From assembly GCF_006345805.1 (NCBI RefSeq), contig NC_042998.1:18972001-19036000 (forward strand): a stretch of DNA of 64,000 nucleotides, read 5' to 3'. Under the pieces are notes generated by a model, which saw only the letters and a program-made list of their open reading frames with translations, did no database searches and was not told where the DNA came from. Numbering within the stretch: the first letter of the stretch is position 1; each line of letters begins with the position of its first letter. Below, one piece after another: positions 52,600-64,000 of the stretch. The DNA is from Octopus sinensis (lineage: Eukaryota). The translations under genes were made by a program, and so were the position numbers.

Positions 52600-53494
52600 T
52601 TGAGATAGGGATTGTAAATGCAACCCACTATGGGATACCATATTCCAATACACTGCTAGTGAGGTACCCAACAAAGTTAAAACTAAATGTTAAGAATTGC
52701 GATACAATTAATTCATTTAGTGTATTATATGGGCAAAGGTAAAATGTTTTACCACAAATTCATAATACAAAATAAGAAAATGGAGAAATTCATCGAAATC
52801 AAATATCAATTACCAGATAATACTCAATCACATACTTTATTAAACCACTACATAAGAAACTATAAGGTTAAACATAATAATGCAGGGTAAAGCAGTGTAC
52901 ATGAAAGAGTGTACATAAAATAATAATGTTATACAATAAGTAGAATACGTATAATAGAACATAAATATAAGTACACATAAATATAAATATAGACTATATC
53001 TTACAGCTGTTTCGGCCATGTAGATAAGCATGTCTCATTCAACTCATATTAGCCATTTCTGGTAGGTCAATATGTAGTTATAAATGAGACATTTACAAAA
53101 ACATCCTAAGGCCTCTTCGGAGATTACAAATTAGATTACATATATACTTATAAAGGTGTGGGTATATACCCATAATAAAACATATATATATACATATGAG
53201 TGCATATACTCATACTGATATACATATAAATATAAATATACATAATGATATAAATAATAAAAATTAATAAGCATACATAAGCTCCACATTCAACGTTACA
53301 GTTTTTCAACTTAATGTTGTAATAATTACAATGTAGAAGAAAAAACATACACATATTAATATCTAAATGCAGATATAGAGAGTACCCTGCATTATTATGT
53401 TTAACCTTATAGTTTCTTATGTAGTGGTTTAATAAAGTATGTGATTGAGTATTATCTGGTAATTGATATTTGATTTCGATGTATTTCTCCATTT
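52600..53494. mobile_element. Penelope-like element 3' end, tail-to-tail inverted structure
   Basis: ~110-bp inverted repeat (about 52778-52889 versus 53381-53494) encoding MEK(F/Y)IEIKYQLPDNTQSHTLLNH on both strands (resembles a GIY-YIG C-terminal E...LN end); hammerhead motif in between. Confidence 0.7.
52998..53124 (-). ncRNA. Type I hammerhead with U4C core change and long stem II
   Basis: - strand: ATCT-CCGAAGA-GGCC...GGCC-GAAAC-AGCT-GTA-AGAT; palindromic stem III ACAGCTGT; internal hairpin atgtctcatt/aatgagacat. Confidence 0.75.
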
Positions 53495-53533
53495 TCTTAT
53501 TTTGTATATATTATATATAATATATATATATAG

Positions 53534-53600
<67 letters not shown>

Positions 53601-53601
53601 G

Positions 53602-53635
<34 letters not shown>

Positions 53636-54409
53636 ATTATATATGTGTGTATATATATGTATAGATATATATGCATATCTGTGGTGGTGGCTGTGTAAGT
53701 GTGATTTTTGTGTGTGCGTGCCTTTTACCAGGCTACCATTGATTTCATACGAAGAGATGGTATCTGTCAACAGTTATCAAGCTTGTTGCATGGACAGTTG
53801 ACGTTTGTTTCCATCTTAGATGAAAGCAAGATGGAAACAAACATCAACGTCTGATGCATCAGGCTTGATAATTACCGAGAGATATACCTCTCTTAATATG
53901 GAACCAATGATAGACTGTTAACCCATAATTAAAGAATATTTATACACGAATATTTTGTTGAGCATTCATTCTCACTGATTGATACACATACACATATACA
54001 TAAATATATAAAATCACATCCACAAGCATAGGAAGAATGTCCCCGAAATGTGTGGATACACTGAATGATTATCAAGTCAGTGTTTTAAAATCCATTTGAT
54101 TTTCAATCTTTAATACAATCTACAGGGAGAATTTATGAACGGCTCTTTTTAAATTGTTCGACTAAAGGAATTGCTCCAGTTTCTCTATTTATATAGTTTT
54201 AGCAGGGACGATTGACTACTATCTCTAGCACGAAGGCATCGAGTCCCGATGACGATAGTCTACTGGCCTTTCGAAGCTGAAGGGGAGTGATGCGCTCCCT
54301 TACTCACAATATATCAGACACTGGTTGTGTGTCGTAAACAAACTAGAAATATGTTTACCAGGAGGTTAAAATGTAGTATAGGACAGCCATGTGATAGTGG
54401 AAACAAGTG

Positions 54410-54411
54410 TT

Positions 54412-54470
<59 letters not shown>

Positions 54471-54489
54471 ATTATATATGTATATATAT

Positions 54490-54529
<40 letters not shown>

Positions 54530-54998
54530 TGTGTGTGTACGCTCGTGTGTTTATGTATTTGTAAGTATGTAGAGTTATGTGTATGTGCATGCATGTATGT
54601 ATATATACATATGTGTAGATAGGTATATACGTGTATGCTTATATGTATGTTTCCGTCTGTACAAAGGGTAACTACATGTGTATATATATCTATTATTTAT
54701 TATTCATTATTTATTACATGAGTATGCGTTTGTATGCATGTATGTTTTTATGTATATAAGGAGGCGCGTGAGTGTGTGTATGTGTATGCATTTGTATAAA
54801 CATATGTATACATTTATGCATGTATGTGCTTGTGTGTATGTATGTGTATATATGTATATATATGTATGTGTATATGTGCACATATGTATGTATATATGTA
54901 TATATATGTATATATATGTGTATGTGTGTGTATGTGTACGCATGTATGTATGTATGTATGTGTATATATGTATATATATATATTTTCATAAAGCTTCC

Positions 54999-55058
<60 letters not shown>

Positions 55059-56263
55059 GGGTATTTGTGCATGTGTATATATGTATGAGTGTATATGTGT
55101 ATGTATATTTATATGAATGTATATGTGTATATATATATGTATATATATGTGTATATGGGTATGTATATGTATGTATGTGTATGTATGTGTACATGTATAT
55201 GTGTATATATATTAATTAGTGTATATGTATGGACTAGTCTTCTGTGGGTGTGTTGAGGTATGTATGTGTATGCGTGTATGTGAACATACGTGAATGTATG
55301 TAGATGTAGGCGTGTATGAATATAACTTTGCGTGAGTGTACTGTGAATGTGTGGGCGTGAGTAAGTGCTTGCGTTCGTATCAGTAAGTAGATAGAAAAAC
55401 AGAATCTTTAGAGATCCCTTGGGACAAGTTTGACCGGTCAAGATAAAAACAAAGATATAAACAAAAGTAGTTAATAAAATTAAAATAAGGGAATAAAAAT
55501 GTGTGTGTATGTGCGTGCATGTATATGCATTTGTATATATATATGTGCGAGTGGGTATACATATGTGTATGTATGTGTATGTGCTTGTGTATCTGTGTAT
55601 ACGTACATGGGTATGTGTAGATATATGTATATATATACATATGTATGTGTATGTGTACGTTTGTATGTATATATATATATATATGTGTGTATATGTGCGT
55701 ATGTATGTATATGTATAGATATATGTGAATAGGCGGGTATGTATATGTGTATGTATATATAGATGTAGATGTACAAGTGAGAGTCTCCCCACTTACCTAA
55801 AACTTTTCTATTTATACTTTTTTAATTTCTTAATTTTTTAATTTTAATTTTAATTTTTATTTTATCTTTTATTCCTTTATTTATTCTTTTATCTACTTTA
55901 CCACCGATTCCTTTGACCACTCCCCTAATAATGACAGTTTTGCGCCATGCCTACCCCCAAAAAAGTCCCCCACCACCACCCATTTAAACCTGCCTAAATG
56001 TATAAATGCCAAAACAACTCTTGTCTACTTGCTTCCTGATGATTTCTTTTGAATGAAACAGTTCTAGTCCTGTAGAAGCTCCTTCTATAAAATAAATTAA
56101 TTTACTCTGCTATGTATTGAGTACCTTATTTACTGTGGTTAACCCCGACTCAACCCGGGACCTACATATATATATATATATATATATACATATATATGTG
56201 TGGAGGTGTATGTATGTATATATATATATACATACATACACATACATATGTATATATATACAT

Positions 56264-56294
<31 letters not shown>

Positions 56295-56312
56295 CATACA
56301 CACATATGTATA

Positions 56313-56362
<50 letters not shown>

Positions 56363-56367
56363 TATAC

Positions 56368-56402
<35 letters not shown>

Positions 56403-56630
56403 CATACATACACACATATGTATATATATATATACATACACACACACACATATATATATATGTGTGTGTGTATGTATGTATGTATATATGTATATATGTA
56501 TATATATATATATATTATATATATTATATATATATTATATGTGTGTGTGTGTGTATGTTTATATGTGTATATATGTATGTATATATATATGCGTATATAT
56601 ATATATATAAATATTTGGTGTATATGTGTA
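54410..56630. repeat. Long degenerate (TA/TG/CA) low-complexity tracts
   Basis: Alternating purine-pyrimidine sequence that produces many spurious YI/VC/HT ORFs; interrupted by 55380-55500 and 55790-56165. Confidence 0.9.
55900..56165 (+). mobile_element. Penelope pLTR-like repeat with hammerhead-core motif
   Basis: tataaa box; CTGATGA(56036-42)...GAAA(56055-58)...GTC(56067-69); AATAAA downstream; 3' part shared with 12375-12502. Confidence 0.6.
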
Positions 56631-57081
56631 TGAGCATTTCTGTAAATACAATAATGATGATGCAATCAAACATCCTATATAGGATAGGCATCTCCAGGGT
56701 TTCATTTTTCCACTTGCACCTCTAGGGATATGTCGGTCCGGGGCTATAGATGAATCATTTGTTCAAGATGATACTTTGTAGGGGAATCTAATCCAACAAC
56801 GCCATTTCGGATGATTTATTCACAGTATTGAGTGTTATATAAATAACTGACTGCAAGGGCGATCATTTTGCTTATCTAGTGTAATACATCTGACTAGTAT
56901 AGACAACTCAGAGTAGAGAATGATTCAACCGATGTGCGTTTTGAAAGAGCACTTGGAAATTGATGCGTCGGGTTCAGTTACACCCCAATATTGCGAGTTC
57001 AATTGTAGGCAGTGCCTTGAATAAATAATAATATTAGCAATAATAATAATGATAATAATAATAATAATAGTAGTAGTAATG

Positions 57082-57142
<61 letters not shown>

Positions 57143-57239
57143 TAATAATAATAATGATAATGATAACGATAATGATAATAGTAATAATAATAATGATAAT
57201 AATATTAATAATACGTTTAAATATTTGTTGTGCAAGATT

Positions 57240-57757
57240 TTTTATGTGAAGTCGTGTGTTGAAACAGATATTGTTATATTTCGGAATGGTCATATTGCCA
57301 GTTTAGCCAATAAAAACACACGCACTATATATTTGGTGTTATTTTGCTTCAGTGATATTTATTTTTTACATTAATCTTAATCTTATTTCGGCCAAAGTTA
57401 TTTCGTCACACTCCTGTGACCACATCAGTGGTCCTTTGTTTTCTTCTCATTTATTTGTGTCTCTCCTTACGAACCGTCAGCCATTTTGTATTTCTATTGT
57501 ATGTCTTCATTTGCGCATGCTTATATCTCTATGTGCGTCTATGTTTATTTAGTGTGTGTGTGGGGGGATGCCTGTAATATTTGTATCTTCTGTTTATATA
57601 CATTCTTGTAATTTGTATTTTGTTTTTGTTGTTGTTGCTTTTGTTCTAATTTTGTTCATGTGTTTACATCCACCCATTATTATCATTACATATGCTTGTA
57701 TGTATGTATAACAACAATATTAGTAATAACAATAATAAATCTAATCGAAAAAAAAAA

Positions 57758-57789
<32 letters not shown>

Positions 57790-59060
57790 CACACATATAT
57801 ACACATATACATATATATATATATATACACATATACATACATAGATATATATACATATATATAGTTATTCATTTCTATTTGTTTATTAATCCGTGTATTT
57901 ATTATGTTTTCAGGATCCTCTATCGTCATATGTTGTGGTGTGTGCTATTGCTCCATTCTAGTTTTCTATTCAGGCAAGGTTTATTTTCTATTATATGTGT
58001 AGCTTCTGTAATTTGTCTAATTGTTGCATCTGTTCTATGTGTGGACAATATCTTAATCTCTATGTTATTGATTGATCCCCCGTGTTCCTGTTCGGCGTGT
58101 TGGTACAGAATCGATGAGCTCTTACCTTCCTTGAGTTGTCTCCAATGTTCATTCACCCGCTCTCCAATGCTTCTTGCTGTGTTCCCTACGTATGTTACTG
58201 TCTTGTTACTGCATCGTCCCTCTATACATCTTTTACTATAGACTACATTTCTGGCTTTACAGTTTGTTTGTGGGCTAAATCTACATACAGTGCAATAGTT
58301 ATCCGTACAGAGGGTTCTACTAAAAGGATAGGTTCTACCAATTATAGATCTGATAGGGTTGCCTGGCTTTTCAACAACCTTAATTCTTAGTTTAAGTTTA
58401 TCTAGGGTCCTTCTAAAGCGGTACGCCAGTTCACCTCCAGGGGTGGTGTCAACGAACATGACACTCTGGTATTTATGGCTATCATACCAAGAGTTGGCCT
58501 TCCCTATTTTCTTTCTTGTCCTTTCTATAGTGTTCCATGACTTGTTCCTATAGATTGGGAAAATCCCATTCCTATTATTACATAATATATTATCAAATTT
58601 CTTCATGGCTCCTTTGTATACTCTGATCCTTTCTTTATGGCTGTAACCTGAGAACTGCATGCGGTGAATGAAATACTGTATGTGTCTCTTTAATTCTGTA
58701 GGCTCGCACATGCGTGACACATTTCTCATTATTCTGACGAGGTCTGCCATCAAAATATTGAATTTGGCATTGCCCGCAATGGCTGAGTTCCGGTGGATCA
58801 GGTATTTTGAGGCCATAGGTTTTGCATAGTATGAATGAAGGATTTGGGTTTTATTTTTCACAATTTCTAGCCAGAGTTCAGTGTCTAGTACTGGTAGTCT
58901 ATGGTTGGGGTGTTTAGTGGGGTAGTCTATTGTGACCTTAATACTCTGGTGGATGGAGTTAGCTATTTGCTGGATGCTCTCCATAGTATTAGTTTCTATT
59001 ACTATATCAACATTACTCTCTAAACTGGCAATATGACCATTCCGAAATATAACAATATTA
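57240..59060 (-). mobile_element. Penelope-like retroelement, 5'-truncated with inverted terminal segment
   Basis: RT-thumb plus GIY-YIG ORF; ~45-bp inverted repeat (57264-57309 versus about 59015-59060) at the truncation point. Confidence 0.85.
57926..59015 (-). CDS. Penelope-like RT thumb plus GIY-YIG endonuclease (truncated ORF, uninterrupted 352+ aa)
   Basis: DYPTKH..RLPVLD and YYAKPMAS..IH..SA (PLE RT C-terminus); CTVC..C..NVVY...C..C...YVGNTARS.GERV.EH, ILYQH and E..HI...P.LN (GIY-YIG with Cys linker); frame is open upstream of the Met up to ~59015. Confidence 0.88.
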
Positions 59061-59077
59061 ATAATGATAATAATAAT

Positions 59078-59172
<95 letters not shown>

Positions 59173-59184
59173 TAATAATAATAA

Positions 59185-59683
59185 ATGGCTCTCATCATGT
59201 ACATTGCTTTGTCTTGGTATAAAAGATGGGCTACAGCAAATATTCTCCTCAATACCACAGATTTGCTTGTCAGTTGTTTGATCTTAACCAGTTGGGCATG
59301 TCCCTTAGTGGCTGACGATATGTGCATCTCTGATCACGAGCAGAAGTAGTGGGGGAGCATCATAGCCGTGTGTTGAGAGGGATTCTTTGGGATTTGAATA
59401 ATTCACCTCTGGAAACATGGGTGGTTCTTTCAACATCCTTAAACAACCCTTATTCAGGGACCTTTTGAGCAGGATGGGCTACTCAACCTGAAGAAAGTTC
59501 TAACTGTGCCCCACCTGCAAGTTCATGTGCTGTTTATCTTGATATGAGATCACCATGTCGTGCACATATGGTTGTGATGCATGTACCTGGTGTACCCTTA
59601 TCAGACGGGTAGTCATGATGGGTATATTGGGCTTCAATTATTTTACCTGTGTCACTTTGATGGCATGAACTGCTCTCTCACTC

Positions 59684-59685
<2 letters not shown>
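59185..59685 (+). mobile_element. (AAT)n-embedded ~480-bp repeat, copy 3
   Basis: Homologous to 30410-30838 and 45808-46232; (AAT)n on both sides. Confidence 0.85.
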
Positions 59686-59741
<56 letters not shown>

Positions 59742-59920
59742 TCAGCAAAAAAAACTCAGGAATGAGAACCCACTGATGGAGGATCCTTTATCTCTGTTTA
59801 CTTGTCCTGTTTTCCATTTCTTACGTACTTCACCCGCTTTCCCGTCGTTCTTTAAGTATTTCATATCATTTTTACCGTTGGTGAATTCCCATACCCATGT
59901 ATCCATGTATATATATGTAT

Positions 59921-60075
<155 letters not shown>

Positions 60076-61129
60076 TAACTGTATATGTGTGTGTGAGTAT
60101 ACCAAGAGACAGAGATATATTTGCACCGTGTCATAATTTTGATCGTTATATACTAGGTGTTACATAAATATTAAAACACATAAAATATTGAAATGCAAAC
60201 CCATATTGATAAGCATATACATATATATAAGCTTTTATACCCATATATAGGTGGACAGAGATGTATGAAGGAAAGTACTTACGATCCTCATTTTGTTTTT
60301 ATTAAAAAAATAAGTTACAAAAAAAGTATTATTATATTTATGATTAATTTATTATTATGATTAATAACAGTGAAAAAATCAAAAATGAGGTTAACATTTA
60401 ATTATTCTAATAAAAATAACTGAGTACTGTACACGTTTTTTTTATAACTGTATATCTACCTTTGCACCTAACCCCTGTATATATTTAAAAGTAAATATCT
60501 GAGTGCGTGTGTGTGTCTGAGAAAGATAAAGAGAATACTATTCTTACATACACACATACATCCATATATATATAAAACTCAACTTGTGTGTCTGTGTGTG
60601 TGTGTTTAACCTCCCGGCACATCTCCTCCTAGCCAACAAATTGTAGAACCACAAAAAATGGGTCACTTCAAGTTTAGGCGAATGAAAATTGAACTGCGCT
60701 TTTTCTGTTCCGAAATTCATCGATAATGTGTTTGTTCAGGCCTTATCCCATGCATTGAATAGTGAACTTTACTCAGTCAGCTGTTTGACGTGAACTGTGT
60801 TCACCCCGCGTGCAAGCATGCGTAAATTGCATGAAAAATAAAAAAATAAAAATATAAAAACGAATCGCAGTAAACATTGTAGAAAAATCGGCAAAGAAAT
60901 GAATTTTCGGGATGTAGCCTGGAGGTTTTTTTTTCTTGTATTAAGCGTTTGGACTTTGTGAACACATACCAATTGTTTTCATAACATTTTTAACGCTTTG
61001 GATTAAATGTGACCATTTTGCGTTGAGTCTGCAGTCTGAATCACTTTAATCAAATTTTAGCAGGCCGGATTTTTGATCATCACGATACATCGCCAGCGAC
61101 TCCCTGAAGCTCTCCCTTGAAATCCCCGT

Positions 61130-62160
61130 TGAGGCCTATGTCATCCGGGATCAGGAAGCCACATCGGTTGCAAACGTACTACAGTGACTGGATACGTGTC
61201 ATCTGGAGAAGTACAGAAGAGACAGATGGAAGATGCCGACTTAAAGCCTGTGGTAGAGTGGCAGCAGCAGGAAGCAGCGTGACTATCTTGGGAGGAGGTA
61301 TCCAGGTCCAGCCCTGAAACTAAGAGCTATGGGGGCCAGTGGGACCTTCTTCATCTGAACGATCGGCTACTTGAGAGGCGCCGGGAGACACTCGACGGCC
61401 TTAAGTATTGGCAGTTGGTGATACCCAAGAAGATGAGACCTGAGCTGCTGGAAGAAGCTCACAACCAAATTACAAGTGGACATCTGAGGATAAAGAAAAT
61501 ATTGAATCGGCTGCAGCACAGATTTTATTGGACGGACATTCATCAGGACGACCGAGAATGGTGTCGATCTTGTGATGTATGCTGCGCTATGAAGGGACTG
61601 AGGAAGCGGGGGGGGGGGTGTCCCTCTGCAGTTATACCAGATGGGTGTGCTCATGGAAAGGGTAGCCGTGGATATTGCTTGACCGTTACCACTCACGGAA
61701 AGAGGAAATAGGTACATATGTGTGACCATGGACTACTTCACAAAGTGGCCTGAGGCCTATGCCATCCTTGATCAGGAAGCCACATCTGTTGCGCAAGTGT
61801 TAGTAAAGAAGTTCTTCCGTCGGTTCGGGGTGCCCAGGAGTTGCATTCCGATCAAGGTAGGAACTTTGTATCAGCTGTGTTCCAGGAGTGCTGTAAGATG
61901 TTGGGATTAGGAAAACCAGAACAACCCCAATGAGACCACAGTAGGACGAGAGGGTGGAAAGGTTTAACAGGACACTAGAACAAGAACAAACCAAATAGTG
62001 TACAAGGACAGTTGGAATGGGATTTGAAGTTACCTTCGTTATTGCTCGCTTATCGTTCGGCGACACATTAGAGTACTGGCTATACACCTGCAATGCTGAT
62101 GTTGGGCCATGAAGTAAGGCCCCGGTTGATCAACGGGGGAGGAGAAAAACCGCCAGCTAT
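61130..62160 (+). mobile_element. Ty3/Gypsy LTR retrotransposon integrase remnant
   Basis: HHCC zinc domain (AHN..SGHL..KK..RL..RFYW...CRSCDVC) and DDE core (ERVAVDI, MDYFTKWPEAY, LHSDQG, VERFNRTL) across frameshifts; no LTR recognised. Confidence 0.92.
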
Positions 62161-62229
62161 GTGAAACATCTGCCAGAGAGGTTTTCGGATGAAGTGATGA
62201 AGCATCGGCTTTTATTTTGTATCAACAAT

Positions 62230-63022
62230 TTTTTGCTTAGAGTTTTCATTGCCTATTATTTTCTATATTTTAAAAAACATTTTTGGCCTACATTGTTTTA
62301 TCAACTATTATTTGCCTATATTTTGTATCAACTGTTTTTCGCTTATATTTTTCTCAACAATATTTTGCCTACATTTTTTCTCAACTATTGTTTGCCTACT
62401 TCTCAACTAGTTTTTGCCTATAGTTTTGTCTATATTTTTTGCCATTTCATAAAACATGAAAAAATAGGCAACCAAGTAGCAAACATAGTTGACAAAAGAT
62501 ATAGAGGCGAAAAATACTTGAAACAATATACGCAAAAATAGGTGATAAAAATGTAGGCAGATATATATTATATTGACGAAGAACAGTTCATAAAACAATA
62601 AATATAGGCTAAAACCATAAGCAAAAACTATATGCTAAAAGATATTGGCAAGAAAGCGTTCACATTTCATAAAAAATACAGGCATAACTAAAGGCAAAAA
62701 TATAGGCAAAACTATAGCCGCAAAACATATTGGCAAAATATAGGCTGAATCTAGAGGCAAAAAATTTAGACTGAGGTTATAGGCAAATTATACCTATTGT
62801 CGCCTATAGAGCTGTCTATAATTTCAGCCTATAGGTTTTGTCGCCTATAATTTTGCCTATAGCTTGTCTATAGTTCCGTCTATAGTTTTTTACCTATAGT
62901 TTGCCGTAGTAATTTCAACCTATGGTTTGTGTATAGATCTTATAGTTTTAGCCTATAGTTTTGCCTATAAGTTTTCCTATAGTAATTTCAGCCTATTGAT
63001 TTGCCTATAGTTTTAGCCTAAA
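62230..63022. repeat. Degenerate TTTGCCTATA(G) minisatellite with inverted central block
   Basis: Forward units ~62230-62450, reverse units (TATAGGCAAA) ~62455-62790, forward again ~62795-63022. Confidence 0.8.
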
Positions 63023-63617
63023 AGTTTAGGTCACAGAGATCTTGCTAAAGACCAGACATGACTTCTTTACCATGTTGATATGATACAGAGAGGTCAGGTC
63101 AAAATTTACTGTGCCTATATATGTTGCAGGCTCAGGAATGTGTGAACGCCAAGATTCCAAGCCCTAGTAAGTGATATCCAAAATGTTCTAATTCATTCCC
63201 TGTATGTCTGGTTTTATATCTGCTTGAATTCCTCAAAGAAACATTATTTTACAAAAGCTGAAGGAGTCCCTCACTTACAGTAGTTTTCCAACCACGCTTC
63301 CAGCAGATTAACACCCTTTTCAGAGGGCCCGTGCTATTGCTCGTTACTTCTTGAATCTACAGGAGACTTATCCGTCTTTTAGACAGGATTTGAATTCAAT
63401 ACTGATGGGTTCCTACCAACAATTCTCATCAGGCAAACCCAGCTGGGTTGCTATCGCAGGCATCGGAGATCCGACTTTGGACCATATTGAATGCTAAATT
63501 CCTCGTTACTGGTAGCACTCATGATACATCTCACAAGTGACCTGATGTACACAAGCTCATACACACGGTGATCACACACACGTAAATATATGTGTGTGTA
63601 TATTTGTGATTATATAT

Positions 63618-63648
<31 letters not shown>

Positions 63649-63649
63649 G

Positions 63650-63728
<79 letters not shown>

Positions 63729-63960
63729 TATACATATATATCATATATTATATATTTTAATATAATTGTTATTTTATAGGTTTTGTATACTTTAGTTCAA
63801 TAAAATTAAACCTAATAAAGTTCTTGATACAGGCTGTGACTTCAAATCGACGTGTAATAACATGGAGAAATTTTGACTTCCTAGTTTCGCTTAAACACGT
63901 ATATACAAAAGGGAGGAGAGGGAGACAGGGAAAGAGAGTGAGGGAGAGAGGGACAGATAC

Positions 63961-63991
<31 letters not shown>

Positions 63992-64000
63992 GAAAGGGAT

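Noticed and set aside
57255-57352. Second hammerhead-like parse (CTGAAGC...GAAATAT-aaca-ATATC) on the - strand
   Set aside because: Core has A9 changed to C, stem II is not formed, and stem I has only 2 bp.
60560-60830. Possible third Helitron (tatatataaaact start)
   Set aside because: No TC start and no hairpin-plus-CTAG end identified.
63320-63500. 58-codon non-ATG open frame after a cttttcag acceptor, and a CTGATGA on the - strand
   Set aside because: No domain or donor recognised; the CTGATGA lacks GAAA and stem I.

Overview
AT-rich, microsatellite-saturated eukaryotic DNA with no recognisable host protein-coding gene. The SINE and RTE-LINE repertoire and the dense (TA)n, (CA)n, (GATA)n and (AAT)n tracts suggest an octopod cephalopod (Octopus) genome; this is inference, not a database match. 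All long ORFs that I can interpret are decayed transposon pieces: a 5'-truncated Tx1/L1-clade LINE inside a (TATC)n tract, RTE-clade LINEs, two R4/Dong-type fragments inside (AAT)n tracts, a Penelope-like element (RT thumb plus GIY-YIG), a Helitron helicase and two non-autonomous Helitrons, mariner/Tc1 remnants and a MITE, a Gypsy integrase, and many tRNA-derived SINEs. The most interesting signal is RNA-level and invisible to the ORF track: a cluster of type I hammerhead ribozyme motifs in short Penelope-like repeats. Two look fully intact (11602-11691 +, 42993-43068 -) and belong to the same ORF-less ~400-500 bp family. Several more are point-mutated, minimal or split by inversions. All folds were assigned by eye and none was tested by computation or experiment.
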